Below the pieces are notes generated by a model. That model was not told the origin of the DNA and did no database searches. It saw only the letters and a program-made list of their open reading frames with translations. Below are positions 44,308 through 56,362 of a stretch of 64,000 bases of DNA, one piece after another. Positions within the stretch are counted from its first letter, which is position 1. Every line of letters starts with the position of its first letter. Origin of the DNA: an uncultured Phycisphaerales bacterium. Lineage in GTDB: Bacteria; Planctomycetota; Phycisphaerae; Tepidisphaerales; Tepidisphaeraceae. The position numbers were made by a program, and so were the translations under genes. The stretch covers positions 205,866 to 269,865 of the forward strand of contig CAVWFQ010000004.1 in NCBI GenBank assembly GCA_963754335.1, read 5' to 3'.

Positions 44308-46553
44308 ATGGGCGAATCGCGCGATCCCTTGCGCGGTGAACGAGGAGCTCAGATGAGTGGCGTGTTGAAAAATGCGGTCGAACGGGATACAACAACTCGC
44401 GCGCCTTTAACGAAGACGCCGGTGCCGGCGCCGGTCGCGCCAGCGGCGACCGAATCGGTCGCCGACCAGCACGAGTTTCTCAGCCGCGACCTGACCTGGC
44501 TGGAATTCAACCGCCGTGTCCTCCACGAAGCCCTTGACGACCGCACGCCACTCCTGGAACGCGTCCGGTTTCTGGGGATCGTGACGTCGAATCTCGATGA
44601 GTATTTCATGAAGCGGGTGGGGGGGCTCAAGCGACAGATCGCTGCCGGCGTGGTGAGCCAGTCTCTCGACGGCATGACGCCGGCGCAAACGCTTGACGCG
44701 ATCCGCCGGACCGTTTTGCCAATGCTGACCCAGCAGGCCGACTGCTTTACCAAAGAAGTTCGGCCGGCGCTGGCGGAGAATGGCGTCCACCTGCTCGATT
44801 GGGATGAGCTCACCGACGCCGAACGAAAGTCGTGCACCCTTTATTTCCGCGCCAACGTGTTTCCCGTGCTGACGCCGCTGGCCGTCGATCCGGGCATCCC
44901 CTTTCCCTTCATTTCCAATCTCTCGACATCGCTCGGCGTGATCCTGCATCATCCCGACCGGCACGAAAACCTCTTCGCGCGGGTGAAAGTTCCCGAGGTG
45001 CTTCCGAAATGGATTCCTGTGACCGGCGGCCCGCCGGGGGGACAACGATTTGTCAGTCTCCTCACGCTCATCCGGGACAATCTGGGCGATCTTTTCCCGG
45101 ACATGGCGGTGGTGGACGTCATGGTCTTTCGCGTGACGCGCAACGCCGACCTCGAGCGCGACGAGGAAGAAGCCGAGGACCTGCTGGAGATGATGGAGGA
45201 GGAAGTCCGCCAGCGCCGCTTCGCGCGGGTGATCCGGCTCGAACACGGCTCGCATTCCAACCAGTGGATGCTCGAGTTCCTGATGCGCGAGCTGGAACTG
45301 ACGCCCGGCGATCTCTACGAGATGTCCGCCGAGCTCGACTACGACGATCTGCGCCCCATCGCCGACCTCAATTTGCCCAGGCTGCGCTACGAACCCTGGA
45401 GCCCGATGGTGCCGGCGGCATTTGCCGACGAGGACGCCGACGTTTTCAATGTCATTCGCAATTCCGATATCCTGGTCCACCTTCCGTACGAAAGTTTTGC
45501 GGCGAGCGTCGAGCGCTTCGTTGAAGCGGCCACCGCCGATCCGCGGGTCCTGGCCATTAAGATGACGCTCTATCGGACCGGAGACGCCAGCCCGTTTATT
45601 TCAACGCTGATCCGCGCCGCCGAGGCCGGCAAACAGGTGGTCTGTCTGGTCGAGCTCAAGGCCCGATTCGATGAAGCCCGCAATATTCACCTGGCGGCGG
45701 CGCTGGAAAAGGCCGGAGTTCATGTCGTCTACGGAATCGTCGGCCTCAAGACACACACCAAGACCACGCTGGTCGTCCGCCAGGATTCGCGACGGAATTC
45801 GCTCCTATGTTCACGTCGGCACCGGCAACTACCACGCCGTAACGGCCAAGTTTTATACCGACCTGGGCCTCTTCACCTGCGATCCGGAAATCACCCACGA
45901 CGTGATCGAGCTATTCCACTATCTGACCGGCCGCTCCCTGAAGCGGGACTACCGCAAGCTCCTGGTGGCGCCGGTCAACATGCAGAATCGTTTTCTGGAG
46001 CTGATCGAACGGGAGGTGACGCATGCGAAGGCCGGCCGCCCTGCACGGATCATCGCCAAGATGAACAGCCTCGAAGACCGGAAGATCTGTCGCGCCCTCT
46101 ACCAGGCCTCGCAGGCCGGCGTGAAGATCGATCTGATCGTCCGTGGTTTCTGTGTCCTGCGCCCGCGGGTGCCGGGATTGAGTGACAACATATCCGTCAG
46201 CTCGATCATCGGCCGATTTCTCGAGCACTCGCGCATCTTCTATTTCCAGAACGCCGCCGCGAACGATGCGGACGGCGAATTTTTCATCGGATCAGCCGAC
46301 TGGATGTACCGCAATCTTCTCGCCCGCATCGAGGCGACGGTGCCTATCGAACGGCGCACGCCTGCGCCAGCGCATCTGGGAAATTCTGAAAATCATGCTC
46401 AATGACCATCGCCAGGCCTGGGACATGCAGCCGGATGGGGCATACGTTCAGCGAACCCCGCGAAGCGCCGAAGACATCGGCACCCAGGCCACGCTAATGG
46501 CCCTCGCCAGGCAGCATGGTTTCTCGAAGAGCGATCCGATGACTGTGCCGTAG
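44308..46553 (+). CDS. ppk: polyphosphate kinase 1, frameshifted near 45790 and 46350
   Basis: PPK1 blocks across three ORFs: [18 protein letters not shown], phosphohistidine region, [35 protein letters not shown], and C-terminal [17 protein letters not shown]. Confidence 0.9.
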
Positions 46554-46597
46554 GGCTTTGGCAACGGGTGCGTGACCGGAGGAGCCGCGCACGAAAT

Positions 46598-46640
46598 AAG
46601 CGGGAAAGTTCTCTCGTTCACCGAGCGTTTTCCCGCTTAC
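46598..46640 (+). terminator. possible intrinsic terminator after ppk
   Basis: Hairpin aagcgggaaa...ttttcccgctt followed by a weak T-rich tract. Confidence 0.3.
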
Positions 46641-46748
46641 TTCGTGCGCGGCTCCTTCAGAGTACTGGCAGAGGAGCAACGAACGCTGCCGCCGATTCAG
46701 TGAAGCACCCCTTTTGCAACGTGCCTCCACTTTTCAGCACACTTCCCG

Positions 46749-48003
46749 TTGACGATATTAGTTGCCATGAATCTCCCGCCCGCCACGCAAGCTTTCGACG
46801 ACGCCTTGGTCTCCCCCGAGTTCGTCATCAATCCCTACCCGATGCTGAAGCAACTTCGCGAAGAAGATCCCGTCCACTGGAGCGAGTCGATCGGCGGATG
46901 GGTCCTCACGGCTTACGACGACATCATGGTCACCTTCCGCCAAACCAACGCATATTCCAATGAAGGCCGCCTCGGTCGGGCGTCGGCCTATCTCCCGGCG
47001 GAGAGCCGCGCAAAGCTCGCGGCGTTCGAAGATCACTACAAAACCCGGGGCCTGCTCCACTCCGATCCGCCGGACCACACGCGGCTCAAGAAACTTTTTC
47101 TAACGGCATTTACCCCGCGTGTCGTCGAATCGATGCGGCCGCGCATCCAGCAGGTCGTCGATCATCTGCTCGATCAAGTTGCGCGCGCGGAAGAATGGAA
47201 GTCATCCAGGAACTGGCATTCGCGCTGCCGGTCACCGTGCTGTGCGATATCCTCGGCGTGCCGCACAACGACACGCCAAAATTCAAACGATGGGCCGACA
47301 ACCTGCTCGGGTTCCAGGGCATCAATCGTCCCGGCGAAAAGCTCCTCCTGGCCGCCCAGGAGACTCTGATCGAATGCAGGGCCTATCTCGCGTCGATGAT
47401 TCTCAAGGCACGATCGGGCAATACCGAAGGCCTGATCAGCAAGATGGTCGCCGCCGAAGCCGATGGAGGAAAACTCACCGAAGCCGAGATCATTAACACC
47501 TGCGTCACGCTGCTGGTGGCCGGCCACGAAACGACGACGTCGCTCATCGGCAACGGACTGGTTTGCCTCCTATCCCATTCGGATCAGTGGAAATTGCTCA
47601 AGTCCGATCGCTCGTTACTCGCACCGGCGATCGAGGAAATTCTCCGATATGAAAGTCCTGTGGCCCGTCAGCCGCGGTTGATGAAGCAGGACACGGTCCT
47701 GCGCGGCCGGCAGATCAAGCAGGGCCAGATGGTCTTCCAGATGCTCTTGGCCGCTAATCGCGATCCCGCGATCTTTTCCGATCCCGACCGTTTCGACATC
47801 CGGCGCGAAGACAACAAGCACCTGGCCTTCGGCTATGGCGCGCATTACTGCATTGGGACGCCCTGAGCCGGATGGAAGGGCAAATCGTGTTCAGCACGAT
47901 CATGGACCGAATGCCGAATATGAAGATGGTCGAGGCTGAGGCGCACTGGGATCCGGCGAAGGCCAATTCGCGAGTGCTGAAGGATCTGCACGTTACATTT
48001 TGA
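46749..48003 (+). CDS. cytochrome P450, frameshifted near 47215 and 47865
   Basis: AGHETT (I-helix), ExxR (EEILRYESP) and the heme-binding FGYGAHYCIG motif. The C-terminal 45 aa (ALSRMEGQIVFSTIMDRMPNMKMV...) continue in another frame up to the stop at ~48003. Confidence 0.85.
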
Positions 48004-48224
48004 GACGGATACGATTGACTCCAAGGGCTCGTAACTTGTGGACGTCGCGGCGGGCATGATCGTGTTATCGAGCTACTCCGGCACGAGCAAGTATACGACG
48101 CCTGCCAGCGAACCCGTTCAAGTTACCGGCGGCACCGAGTTTTCTTTCCAGGCACACGTGATTGCCTTCCCGAGCGAATCCGATGCGGCGACCAAGCCGT
48201 AAAAGGATCCGCGTCCTCCGTCGA

Positions 48225-48623
48225 TCAATCAAACGAATACCCCGCGAAGAGATATTCATCCGCGGCGCCGTCCTTGTATACGACGATGTAGATTCCCTGG
48301 CCGCGCTCGATGTCCTCGTAGAATCCGTGGTTCGACTCAATCATTTTATGAGTCGGCTGCGTCGTGCCGAATAGGGTCTGCAGCTGTTCCTCGGGCAGCG
48401 GGCAGACGGTGCAGTAATCCGGCGAATCGCCGACGAGCATCATGTCGAGAATCGATCGTGTCCCGTCCGGCGCCGAATTCTCCAGCGCCTCGGCCGGTGT
48501 GGCGGGCATCGACTCGCTCCCGTTGAACTCGCCGCTTTCAAAAACCCGTTCTCGAAGCTTTTCGAGCGCCGCTTCTACGCTCTTCTCGAACGGCACAAAA
48601 TACTGCCATGGCTCGCCACCCAT
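48225..48623 (-). CDS. hypothetical protein
   Basis: 133-aa ORF from ATG 48623 (MGGEPWQYFVPFEKS...); no family recognised. Confidence 0.35.
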   Translation of the reverse strand: MGGEPWQYFVPFEKSVEAALEKLRERVFESGEFNGSESMPATPAEALENSAPDGTRSILDMMLVGDSPDYCTVCPLPEEQLQTLFGTTQPTHKMIESNHGFYEDIERGQGIYIVVYKDGAADEYLFAGYSFD

Positions 48624-48740
48624 TGCGTACCCCTTTGTCAGGAATCGATGAGATTCTACCGACTTCAGCAGGAAGTTTTCAATGCGGCGGAAGCAATGGC
48701 AAGGCTCGCGCGGCGAACCCGCGAGCGGCGGGGTCATGAT

Positions 48741-50385
48741 TTATAAAGCGCGCGAAAGCGATCGCTCAGCTTTGTCGCGAGCGGCGAAGCCTCGTAGGGA
48801 CCCGTAATCACTTCGATGTATGCGCCCGTATTCGATTCGCTTGCCGTATTCATCGCCGCGTCGAGCTCTCCGCAGGTGGTCACTTTGGCGGTGAACCATC
48901 CATCGCAGCCGAGGGCATTGGGAAGTGCGGCTGTAGCGCCACGGCGCCACTTCGTTGTACGCCATGGTCGGATCTTTGCAGAGCAGCCGCTCGATCAGGT
49001 ATCCGGAATTATTCAGCACGAAGATGATCGGCTTGAGTCCGAGCCGTCCGAACTGGCACACTTCCTGCGCGGTAAGTTGATGCGATCCCTCGCCGGTCAC
49101 GAGCACCACCCGGCGATCGGGCGCGGCCACCGCCGCGCCAAACGACGCCGGCGTTGCCCATCCGATTGCGCCCCAGAGCGTCTGATTGAAAAAGTTGTGC
49201 GCCCGACGGCATTCGCGCAAAACCGAGCTCCATCGAAGCCGTCCCCGTTTCGGCGACAAGCATGTCGTGCGGCCGCAGAAAATTCGCCCAGCGCGGATAC
49301 AACGCGGCGGCGGTGATCGGATCAGCGCCGATTCCCGTCGGCTCACCCAGAGAAGTGGCTGTCGGCGCATTCGCGTCGGCTCGTCTCGGAAGCCACTCGG
49401 CCAGCGCGGCAAGGACGTCGGCCATTTCGACGTTTGAATACATCCTTTCCCCGATTCGAACGTGGTGATGAGCAATACTGAGCACCCGTTCCAGCTTGAG
49501 CCGGGCCGTGAAAGCCCCGCTGTTAAAGTCCGTGAAGAGTGCCCCGACGGTCAGAACACGATCGCAGTTCTCGACGAAATGGCGGACATCTTCATTCATC
49601 AGCGCGCCGTCGTACATGCCGATATAGTTGCGCTGGTGTTCGTCCAGGACTGATTTGTCCAGAAACATCGTCGCAAAGGGGAGATTCGACCTATCGATGA
49701 CGGCCTGCATCGCCGCCTGAAGTCCGGCCCGCTGCACGATGAAGCCCGGCAGCGCACAGGCGTTTGGCGCCTCGGCCATCGCCGAGATAATTGCATCGGT
49801 TGCTTCCTTCAACGCTGTCGGATCGCTGCGCGGCGGCCCCTGCGGAGCCTGCGGCGCGCCCAGCACCGGCTGATCCGCCAGGTCCGCCGGGAAGGCCATG
49901 TAGACGGGCCGCCGGTGATAGAGCGCCTCGGAGATCAGCCGTTCCGTTTCATAAACCACATTCTGCGGCGTCATGATCGCCCGGGCGCAGACCACATTCG
50001 CCGTCATCCGGAAAAACAGCTCGTACTCCCCGTTCCCCAGCGTATGGTGCATCAGCGCCCGTCCGATCTGCGCCGACTGATTGGGCATTCCCACCAGGTG
50101 AAAAATCGGCAGGTGCTCGGCATAGCATCCGGCGATTCCCGCCAGCGCGCTGAGTTCCCCGACGCCATAGGTGGTGCAGATCGCGCCGATTCCTTTAACG
50201 CGGGCATAGCCGTCGGCGGCGTAAGCCGCGTTGAGTTCGTTGCAGCAGCCGATCCAGCGCATCTTCGGATCGAGGCAGATCGCATCATTGACGGGAAAAG
50301 CGAAGTCGCCGGGAACGCCGAAGATGTCGGAGATGCCAATATCATGAAGCCGGGAAAGAACATGCTGAATGACGCTTTTGGACAT
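48741..50385 (-). CDS. ipdC: thiamine-pyrophosphate-dependent 2-keto-acid decarboxylase (IpdC/pyruvate-decarboxylase family), frameshifted near 49200 (and possibly ~48950)
   Basis: N-terminal TPP_enzyme_N (GVPGDFAFPV...CNELNAAYAADGYARV). Central domain and C-terminal TPP-binding GDGS-like block (VVLVTGEGSHQLTAQE...NNSGYLIER) in ORF 48741..49475. Confidence 0.75.
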
Positions 50386-50396
50386 GCTCGCCTCAT

Positions 50397-51257
50397 TTAA
50401 AACGGCAGTGCCCGAACGTGCCGATACGCTCCGCTGAGGCAATCAAGCCCGGTCGTGGCGGAGGGGTTTTCGACCATCACGTGTGTGACGCCGGCCGTCA
50501 CGGCGGCCGCGAGTGCCGGGCGGAAATCGAGGGTTCCTTCGCCGGGGCAGACGATTGATTTATCTCCTGACTTATTCATGTCCCCCAGGTGAAGGATGGC
50601 GATTCGCGGGCCGTACTTTTCAAGGTAATAAACGGGATCGGCTCCGGCCTTGGCCAGCCAGTAGACGTCCAGTTCCGTCGACACCAGCTCCGGATCCGTC
50701 TCGGCCAGCAGGAGCTCGTAGGGGACACGGCCATCGGTTTTGATGAACTCGATATCGTGATGATGAAAGACAAAGCGGAGTCCGCCGGCCTTGGTCTTCT
50801 TCCCCAGATCATTCAGAATCCCCGCCAGCGCACGGTAATCCTCGAGCGTCTTATTCTTCCCCGAATCGAGCCAGGGCCAATAGCACGCGAGGAAGGTCTT
50901 TCCCTGTGCCTGCCATTGATCGATCATCAGCGGCAGCCGCAGCCGCAGATCATGGAGCGCGCCTCCGCCGGCGAGAGCCTTCAATCCAAAGTCATCGAGC
51001 GCCTTCTTCGCCTCGACCGGCGAGGGGCCGAGCGGATCGCTGAATTCCAGTTCCGTAAAGCCGATCTTCGCAACACGCTCAAGCGTGCCGCGCCAGTCTT
51101 CGTCAAGCTGCTTTTTGATCGCCCCCGTCACCGCGCCAAGCGGATGCAGCTCGGCCGCGGCAGCATGCATGCTGGATCCCCGCCCGGCGAAAAATACAGC
51201 CGCGCCGGCGGCGCCCAGCTTCAACAGGTGACGGCGGGATATCGAAATTGAATTCAT
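50397..51257 (-). CDS. TAT-secreted sugar phosphate isomerase/epimerase (xylose-isomerase-like TIM barrel)
   Basis: Twin-arginine signal SRRHLLKLGAAGAAVFFA and an AP_endonuc_2-like core. Confidence 0.65.
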   Translation of the reverse strand: MNSISISRRHLLKLGAAGAAVFFAGRGSSMHAAAAELHPLGAVTGAIKKQLDEDWRGTLERVAKIGFTELEFSDPLGPSPVEAKKALDDFGLKALAGGGALHDLRLRLPLMIDQWQAQGKTFLACYWPWLDSGKNKTLEDYRALAGILNDLGKKTKAGGLRFVFHHHDIEFIKTDGRVPYELLLAETDPELVSTELDVYWLAKAGADPVYYLEKYGPRIAILHLGDMNKSGDKSIVCPGEGTLDFRPALAAAVTAGVTHVMVENPSATTGLDCLSGAYRHVRALPF

Positions 51258-51881
51258 GGGCTCCAGTACAGTTGGATTCGGAAGATACCAGCACAGCCTC
51301 GATAACGGAGAACTGTACTGGTCACAATTCAAATTGACTGGCACTGTACCGATCCGACTAAAATTGGCAACCTATGAACATGAAAACCAACACAACTTCG
51401 TTTCGTCTGATCGGAGACCGAGTTACCCAAACCGCCTCCAGAATCGCGTCTGCGGTCCGCCCGCGGCTGACCCAAACCGAACCGTCGCAGCACGGCCAGA
51501 ACCAGGGGTTGCGTCCGTTAGCAGCCCGATCCGTCGTCACCATGCCGGTTCCCGAAGACGGGATCGAAGTTGAACTGCTTACCGGTAGTGTCTGGGTCAC
51601 CCAGTATGGAGATCGCTGTGATTATATGCTGGATCAGCCCGGAGACCGGTTCTGTTCAACCGGGCGTGAGGATGTCGTTCTTCAGGCATTCAAATTTTCC
51701 CGGGTTGCCGTGCGGTGAACCGCGGAATGGCGCCGAGGCAATTCTGCGAAGTGAAGGAGAACCAGGGATGGCGGCGGACGGCGGATCATGCGTCGAGTGG
51801 TCGAAAACCGGTGGCGCGGGGACGGCGGCCTATTCCTCAATCCCTGGGCTTGAGACGGCAGTTCGATTTCGAGCGAACGTC

Positions 51882-53987
51882 TCATTTCTCATAGAACAAC
51901 GTTGGCCCCGCGAATTCAATCTGCCCCGAGGTCGCTTCGCGCGTGCCATTGTCGATCAGGAGCAATGTGTCGAGCTTGATGGGAAAATGCACGACGCCGT
52001 CGTTAGCGCCGCCCCAGTGGCCGGCATTCCCGGATGTCAGGGAAAATCGGACGAAGGCCCAATCGTTTTCGATGAGCGAAGCGGTCGTTCCATCCGGCTG
52101 AAACGTTTGCCCCGTCGAATCGGTGAATCGCATTCGTAACACCGCGTGCCCTGCGGTTCGCCTGATCCACAGACTCATCGCGATCGGCTCCCCGGGGAGT
52201 GTTTTCAACGCCTCCGTTCGCGGCGCGAGGCGGACGAATTTCCAGCCGGCGTCGAAGCGGTACGAGAGGCAGACGATGGGACCTTGCGACAGGGAGAACG
52301 GGTCAAACGGTTTTATCGAAAGCGTTTGCTCCGAGGCGACTTTCGGATCTCCATCCGGCTGAGCGATCACGGGGAACATGGCCGGATGATCGAGATCCTC
52401 GCCAAACGGCAACTCCGCGAAAGTGATGCGCGGCGTGCGATAAAAGAGTGAGCCGTCGTTGTTCACGAGCCGTAAAGCCAGACTGCGCCGGCCATCGGGC
52501 CGTGCGGGGAAGCGGGTCTCGAAGCGCAATACGCCTCTTCCGCCGTGGTCTTGAACAAACTGCGCGGGAGCCGGCCCGGGAATCACGGGATCGGAATCGA
52601 TCAGTTCAAAGTGGCCGCTGAACAGCGGCAGCGAGAGCTGTGTCACGGTGATATGGCATGAATCTCCCTGCGCGGTGATCGCCACCGAAATCGGCGCAGG
52701 CTTCCAGGCGGGCGCCGCGAGCAACTTTGCATCATCGACACGCGGGCAGGTTAGGTATTGTGGCGAATCGGTCAGATCCAGATGCAACGCGCCATCGTGT
52801 GAATTCAACCCGGCGAGTTGCTCGCCGAGATGCGAAACGCGATTGAAAGAATCGCCGCTGGTGGCAACGCTCACCGCGTGGGCCGGCTTGTCCGCGGTCC
52901 ACGCCACCAGCACGAGGCGGGAGTTGCTTCCGAAGAGGAGGAGATAATCGTCGTCGCTGTCGGACGCGATTCGTTTGACGAGGCGCAATCCCTGCAACTG
53001 ATGCGTAAGCGTTGTTGCGGCCCGATATGCGGGCTTGGGTTCGTAGGGCGGGTTGTGCCCGGCCTGAAAATGTTCACGCACGGTTCCGAAATGATGTTCC
53101 GGCTCGTGCGGGTCGTTGCCGTCTTCACGCCAGTCGTACCAGATGGAGATGGGGATTGAATTCCCGAGGTTCGTCAGCAGCTCACGCGAGAGATATTTTC
53201 CCTGGCGATCGTCATTGAAATGGTCCCAGACGGAACTGTATCCCCATTCGCCGCTGAGGATGTGGATCTGCCTGTCGGCGGGGGCGTATTTCGCAATCAG
53301 CTCGCGCAGATGTTGATACTCGCTTCCCGCCGATTCGGGAGTCGATTGCCGGTATGGATGGACCGAGACGGCCGACCAGTCGTTCAGACAACCCGCTTTG
53401 AAGCAGGCTTCCAGATAGGGGAAGTCGATCGTTGAAGTCGCGGGGCCGACGTAGGTCGCGTTGGGATCTGCTTCGTGGATCGCTTTGCCCGTAGCCAGCG
53501 CCAGAGCCGCGTAAGCATGCACGTCGGCGTGGGGCTTCCAGAATCCGCCGTTGGGCTCGTTGTACATTTCCCAGACGATCGACCGGCCTTTGAAATGCGT
53601 GACCGCGGCGGCGGCCCATCTAGCGAAGGCCGCGATTCCCTCGGGGGAATGCGGAGAGAGGTCATTGTCGAAGAAGCGATTGGAGTAATCGAGAATGAAA
53701 ATCGGCCGGATTGAATATTCATCCAAAGCGTGCAGCAGGCGGTCGTATTCAGCGAAATCGTAAGCGCCTTTTTCTCGTTCCGTCGCATTCCAGGCAAAGT
53801 CCATGCGGATCCATTTGAAGCCGGCGTCGGCGATCATCTTCATTTCGCCGGGTTGCGGGTGAGTGAAGTGAATGTTGACGCCGATTCCGTCGGGAACGGT
53901 CAGAGGATCAGCGGGAATTACGGTTTGGGCGTGGAGCGGAGAGCACAAGAATACACTCAAAACTATGGAAACAAGAAGTCGTGACAT
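51882..53987 (-). CDS. secreted glycoside hydrolase (GH5/GH39-like catalytic domain + C-terminal beta-rich domains)
   Basis: Signal peptide; catalytic acid motif WEMYNEPN and nucleophile-region SGEWGYS in the N-terminal (beta/alpha)8 domain. 701 aa, intact. Confidence 0.7.
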   Translation of the reverse strand: MSRLLVSIVLSVFLCSPLHAQTVIPADPLTVPDGIGVNIHFTHPQPGEMKMIADAGFKWIRMDFAWNATEREKGAYDFAEYDRLLHALDEYSIRPIFILDYSNRFFDNDLSPHSPEGIAAFARWAAAAVTHFKGRSIVWEMYNEPNGGFWKPHADVHAYAALALATGKAIHEADPNATYVGPATSTIDFPYLEACFKAGCLNDWSAVSVHPYRQSTPESAGSEYQHLRELIAKYAPADRQIHILSGEWGYSSVWDHFNDDRQGKYLSRELLTNLGNSIPISIWYDWREDGNDPHEPEHHFGTVREHFQAGHNPPYEPKPAYRAATTLTHQLQGLRLVKRIASDSDDDYLLLFGSNSRLVLVAWTADKPAHAVSVATSGDSFNRVSHLGEQLAGLNSHDGALHLDLTDSPQYLTCPRVDDAKLLAAPAWKPAPISVAITAQGDSCHITVTQLSLPLFSGHFELIDSDPVIPGPAPAQFVQDHGGRGVLRFETRFPARPDGRRSLALRLVNNDGSLFYRTPRITFAELPFGEDLDHPAMFPVIAQPDGDPKVASEQTLSIKPFDPFSLSQGPIVCLSYRFDAGWKFVRLAPRTEALKTLPGEPIAMSLWIRRTAGHAVLRMRFTDSTGQTFQPDGTTASLIENDWAFVRFSLTSGNAGHWGGANDGVVHFPIKLDTLLLIDNGTREATSGQIEFAGPTLFYEK

Positions 53988-54167
53988 GCTCTATGTCTAC
54001 CGCGAACGAAGCGAATCGTCGCGTCCGACTCGCGGAACTCCAGTCGTTTAATTCCCTTCGAAGACCCAGAGATTTGCGGCGGTGCGGCGGCTGGAATTGA
54101 GGTTGGCCGAAAAGCTGAACGCGCAACATCCGCGATTACGCTCCAATCCCTGGGCTTGAACAGTGTT

Positions 54168-55241
54168 TCATTTCTTCGTGGGCTGTGCCGCGGGTGTAAC
54201 TCCCTCCTGCTCGATGTTTGTGAATGGTTCTCCGAAGTACGGAAACTCCGCGCGGGTGCGACCGCGGTCCGGCGCGACTCCGTCTCCGAGCGGCATGTTC
54301 GTCGCGAGCGTCAACATCACATCCATCGCATCGTCGCCAAGCGCACGCCCGTTAAATCCGGCATAATCAAATGCCGCGGCGGTGCCGAGCCGATAGGGCA
54401 GGGTCGTGGGGCAGAGCAGGTTGGCGATTCGTTTCCCATACTCGGAGGGATTCACCGCGGAGCCGGCCAAAGCGGACATCTTCTCGGCAAAAGTACCGAT
54501 CGCGCCGGAAAAGTGGGCCACGTCATCAGATGGCACCGAGCGGTTGAACGTCTCCTTCAGGTCCGGAATCGCGGGATCACTGAGGAAAATGTGGGTGATC
54601 AGCGGAAAGCACCAGCGCGAAACCTGTACTTGCGGCGCGTGCCCGACGAGTGAGATGGTCGCCCACGCGTTCACTTTGCCTTCCCCAATCAGGTGGTTGG
54701 GAACTTCCAGAACGATGGCGGAGACGTTTCGCCGTGCGAAAAAATCCTGACGATGCACAAAGGCGCCCGGGTGATACCGTTTCTCCTTGTAGAACGGGGT
54801 CAGGAAGTCATGCAGTGCCACGGCGTCGCCGGCGAAGAGGTCGGGCGCGAGACCGGCAAATGCCCGGATGCCGGCCTTGCTCGATATGGCGGAGGTTTCT
54901 CCATCGATCAAAGGTTCCCCCTCCGGGCCGCTCACCGCGTCGGCTCCGCTCGCCATGCGCACCTGAAAGTCCTGAATGCGTCGATTGTTGTCGCCAGCGG
55001 GGTGAAAGGCTTCGCCGAAGGAAAACTTGAACGAGAGCTCTTCGCGCGCGTCGCCGTTCAGGTCGAAGCGGAAGGCGTATAGCGCTTCATCCCGAAAAGT
55101 ATCCGGCGCGGACAATCCCGCGTCGGGGTTGACGGTCATGGCCATCACGGTCGTTCCGGGCGCTCCGTCGAATAAGTAAAAGTCGCAAAGATTAATCCGG
55201 GGATCTTCTTTTGCAGTGGGGGTGTCGAAATGATGGGACAT
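54168..55241 (-). CDS. DUF4331 domain protein
   Basis: Diagnostic N-terminus MSHHFDTP...DFYLF of DUF4331. Confidence 0.7.
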   Translation of the reverse strand: MSHHFDTPTAKEDPRINLCDFYLFDGAPGTTVMAMTVNPDAGLSAPDTFRDEALYAFRFDLNGDAREELSFKFSFGEAFHPAGDNNRRIQDFQVRMASGADAVSGPEGEPLIDGETSAISSKAGIRAFAGLAPDLFAGDAVALHDFLTPFYKEKRYHPGAFVHRQDFFARRNVSAIVLEVPNHLIGEGKVNAWATISLVGHAPQVQVSRWCFPLITHIFLSDPAIPDLKETFNRSVPSDDVAHFSGAIGTFAEKMSALAGSAVNPSEYGKRIANLLCPTTLPYRLGTAAAFDYAGFNGRALGDDAMDVMLTLATNMPLGDGVAPDRGRTRAEFPYFGEPFTNIEQEGVTPAAQPTKK

Positions 55242-55341
55242 GGGCTCCTCCTAAATTGGCTAAGTGCCATGAACGCTCCGCATTGTATAGATGCCGAAAA
55301 GCCGCGACACGATTCTCAGATTTTTCGTATAATTCATAGCG

Positions 55342-56279
55342 ATGGCTCACGCCCACTCAGCAACTGGCCCGCGCCTGCTCTGGTCTCTGGGCCTCACGGT
55401 TCTTTTCGTGGTGGGGGAGAGCATCGCCGGCAGTCTTTCGCACAGCCTGGCGCTTTTGTCCGATGCCGGCCACAACCTTGCGGACGTGCTCGCGCTCCTC
55501 TTTTCCTGGTACGCGCTGCGGGCGGCGCGATTTCCCAGTTCGCCGACGCGCACCTTTGGCTACCACCGCGTCGCGATCCTGGCGGCCCTCGCCAACGCGC
55601 TTTCGCTCGTACTTATTGCGGGATGGATTCTGACTGAAGCGATCGCCCGCTTTCGCGAACCCGCACCAGTCCATGGCGGCGTGATGATCGGCGTGGCCAC
55701 CGTCGCGGTCGTGCTCAACGGGCTGATCGCATACTGGCTGCACGGTGCGTCAGCAGGGGATCTGAACATCCGCATGCGTATCTCCACATGCTCGGCGACG
55801 CGCTTTCCGGCTTCGCGGTCGTCGTCGCCGGCCTGCTGGTTCTGATCACGCATCAATGGCTCGCTGATCCGATCGTGTCGGTCATCATCGGCCTGCTCAT
55901 TCTTTACAGCGCCTGGGGCGTGTTGAAGGAATCGGTTCACGTCCTGCTCGAAGCCGCCCCGGCGGGGTTGGACATGAATGGCGTGGAAAAATGTATTCGG
56001 GCCATGCCGAATGTGCTCGACGCGCATGATCTGCATGTCTGGACGCTCGGGCCGGGCGCTATCGCCTGCTCATGCCACATCGTGGTCCCCGAGCAGAGCA
56101 TTCGCGACGGGCAACAGGTTCTTCGCGCCGTCGCCGCGGAACTCGGGCAGCGATTTCGAATCAATCACACGACGATTCAGATCGAAGTGGAAGGGTGTGA
56201 GCCAAACCATATGTACTGCAACATCAAAGCGGGAAGTGAGCATGCGTGCGGTCATTCCGAGCATGCGCGGCACTCATGA
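55342..56279 (+). CDS. czcD: cation diffusion facilitator transporter (CzcD/ZitB-like), frameshifted near 55780
   Basis: TM1-TM6 with HSLALLSDAGHNLADV and (H)MLGDALSGFAVVVAG motifs, plus a C-terminal cytoplasmic domain with His-rich tail. ORFs 55342..55845 and 55788..56279 overlap. Confidence 0.85.
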
Positions 56280-56362
56280 TGTCGGTTGGCTTCCACGACG
56301 ATTTTGACGGACGGTTTCAGTCTCGCTACGATTTTTTTCGACCATAAGGAACAAAATTTTCG

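Noticed and set aside
44407-45480. 357-aa minus-strand ORF
   Set aside because: Antisense to ppk1.
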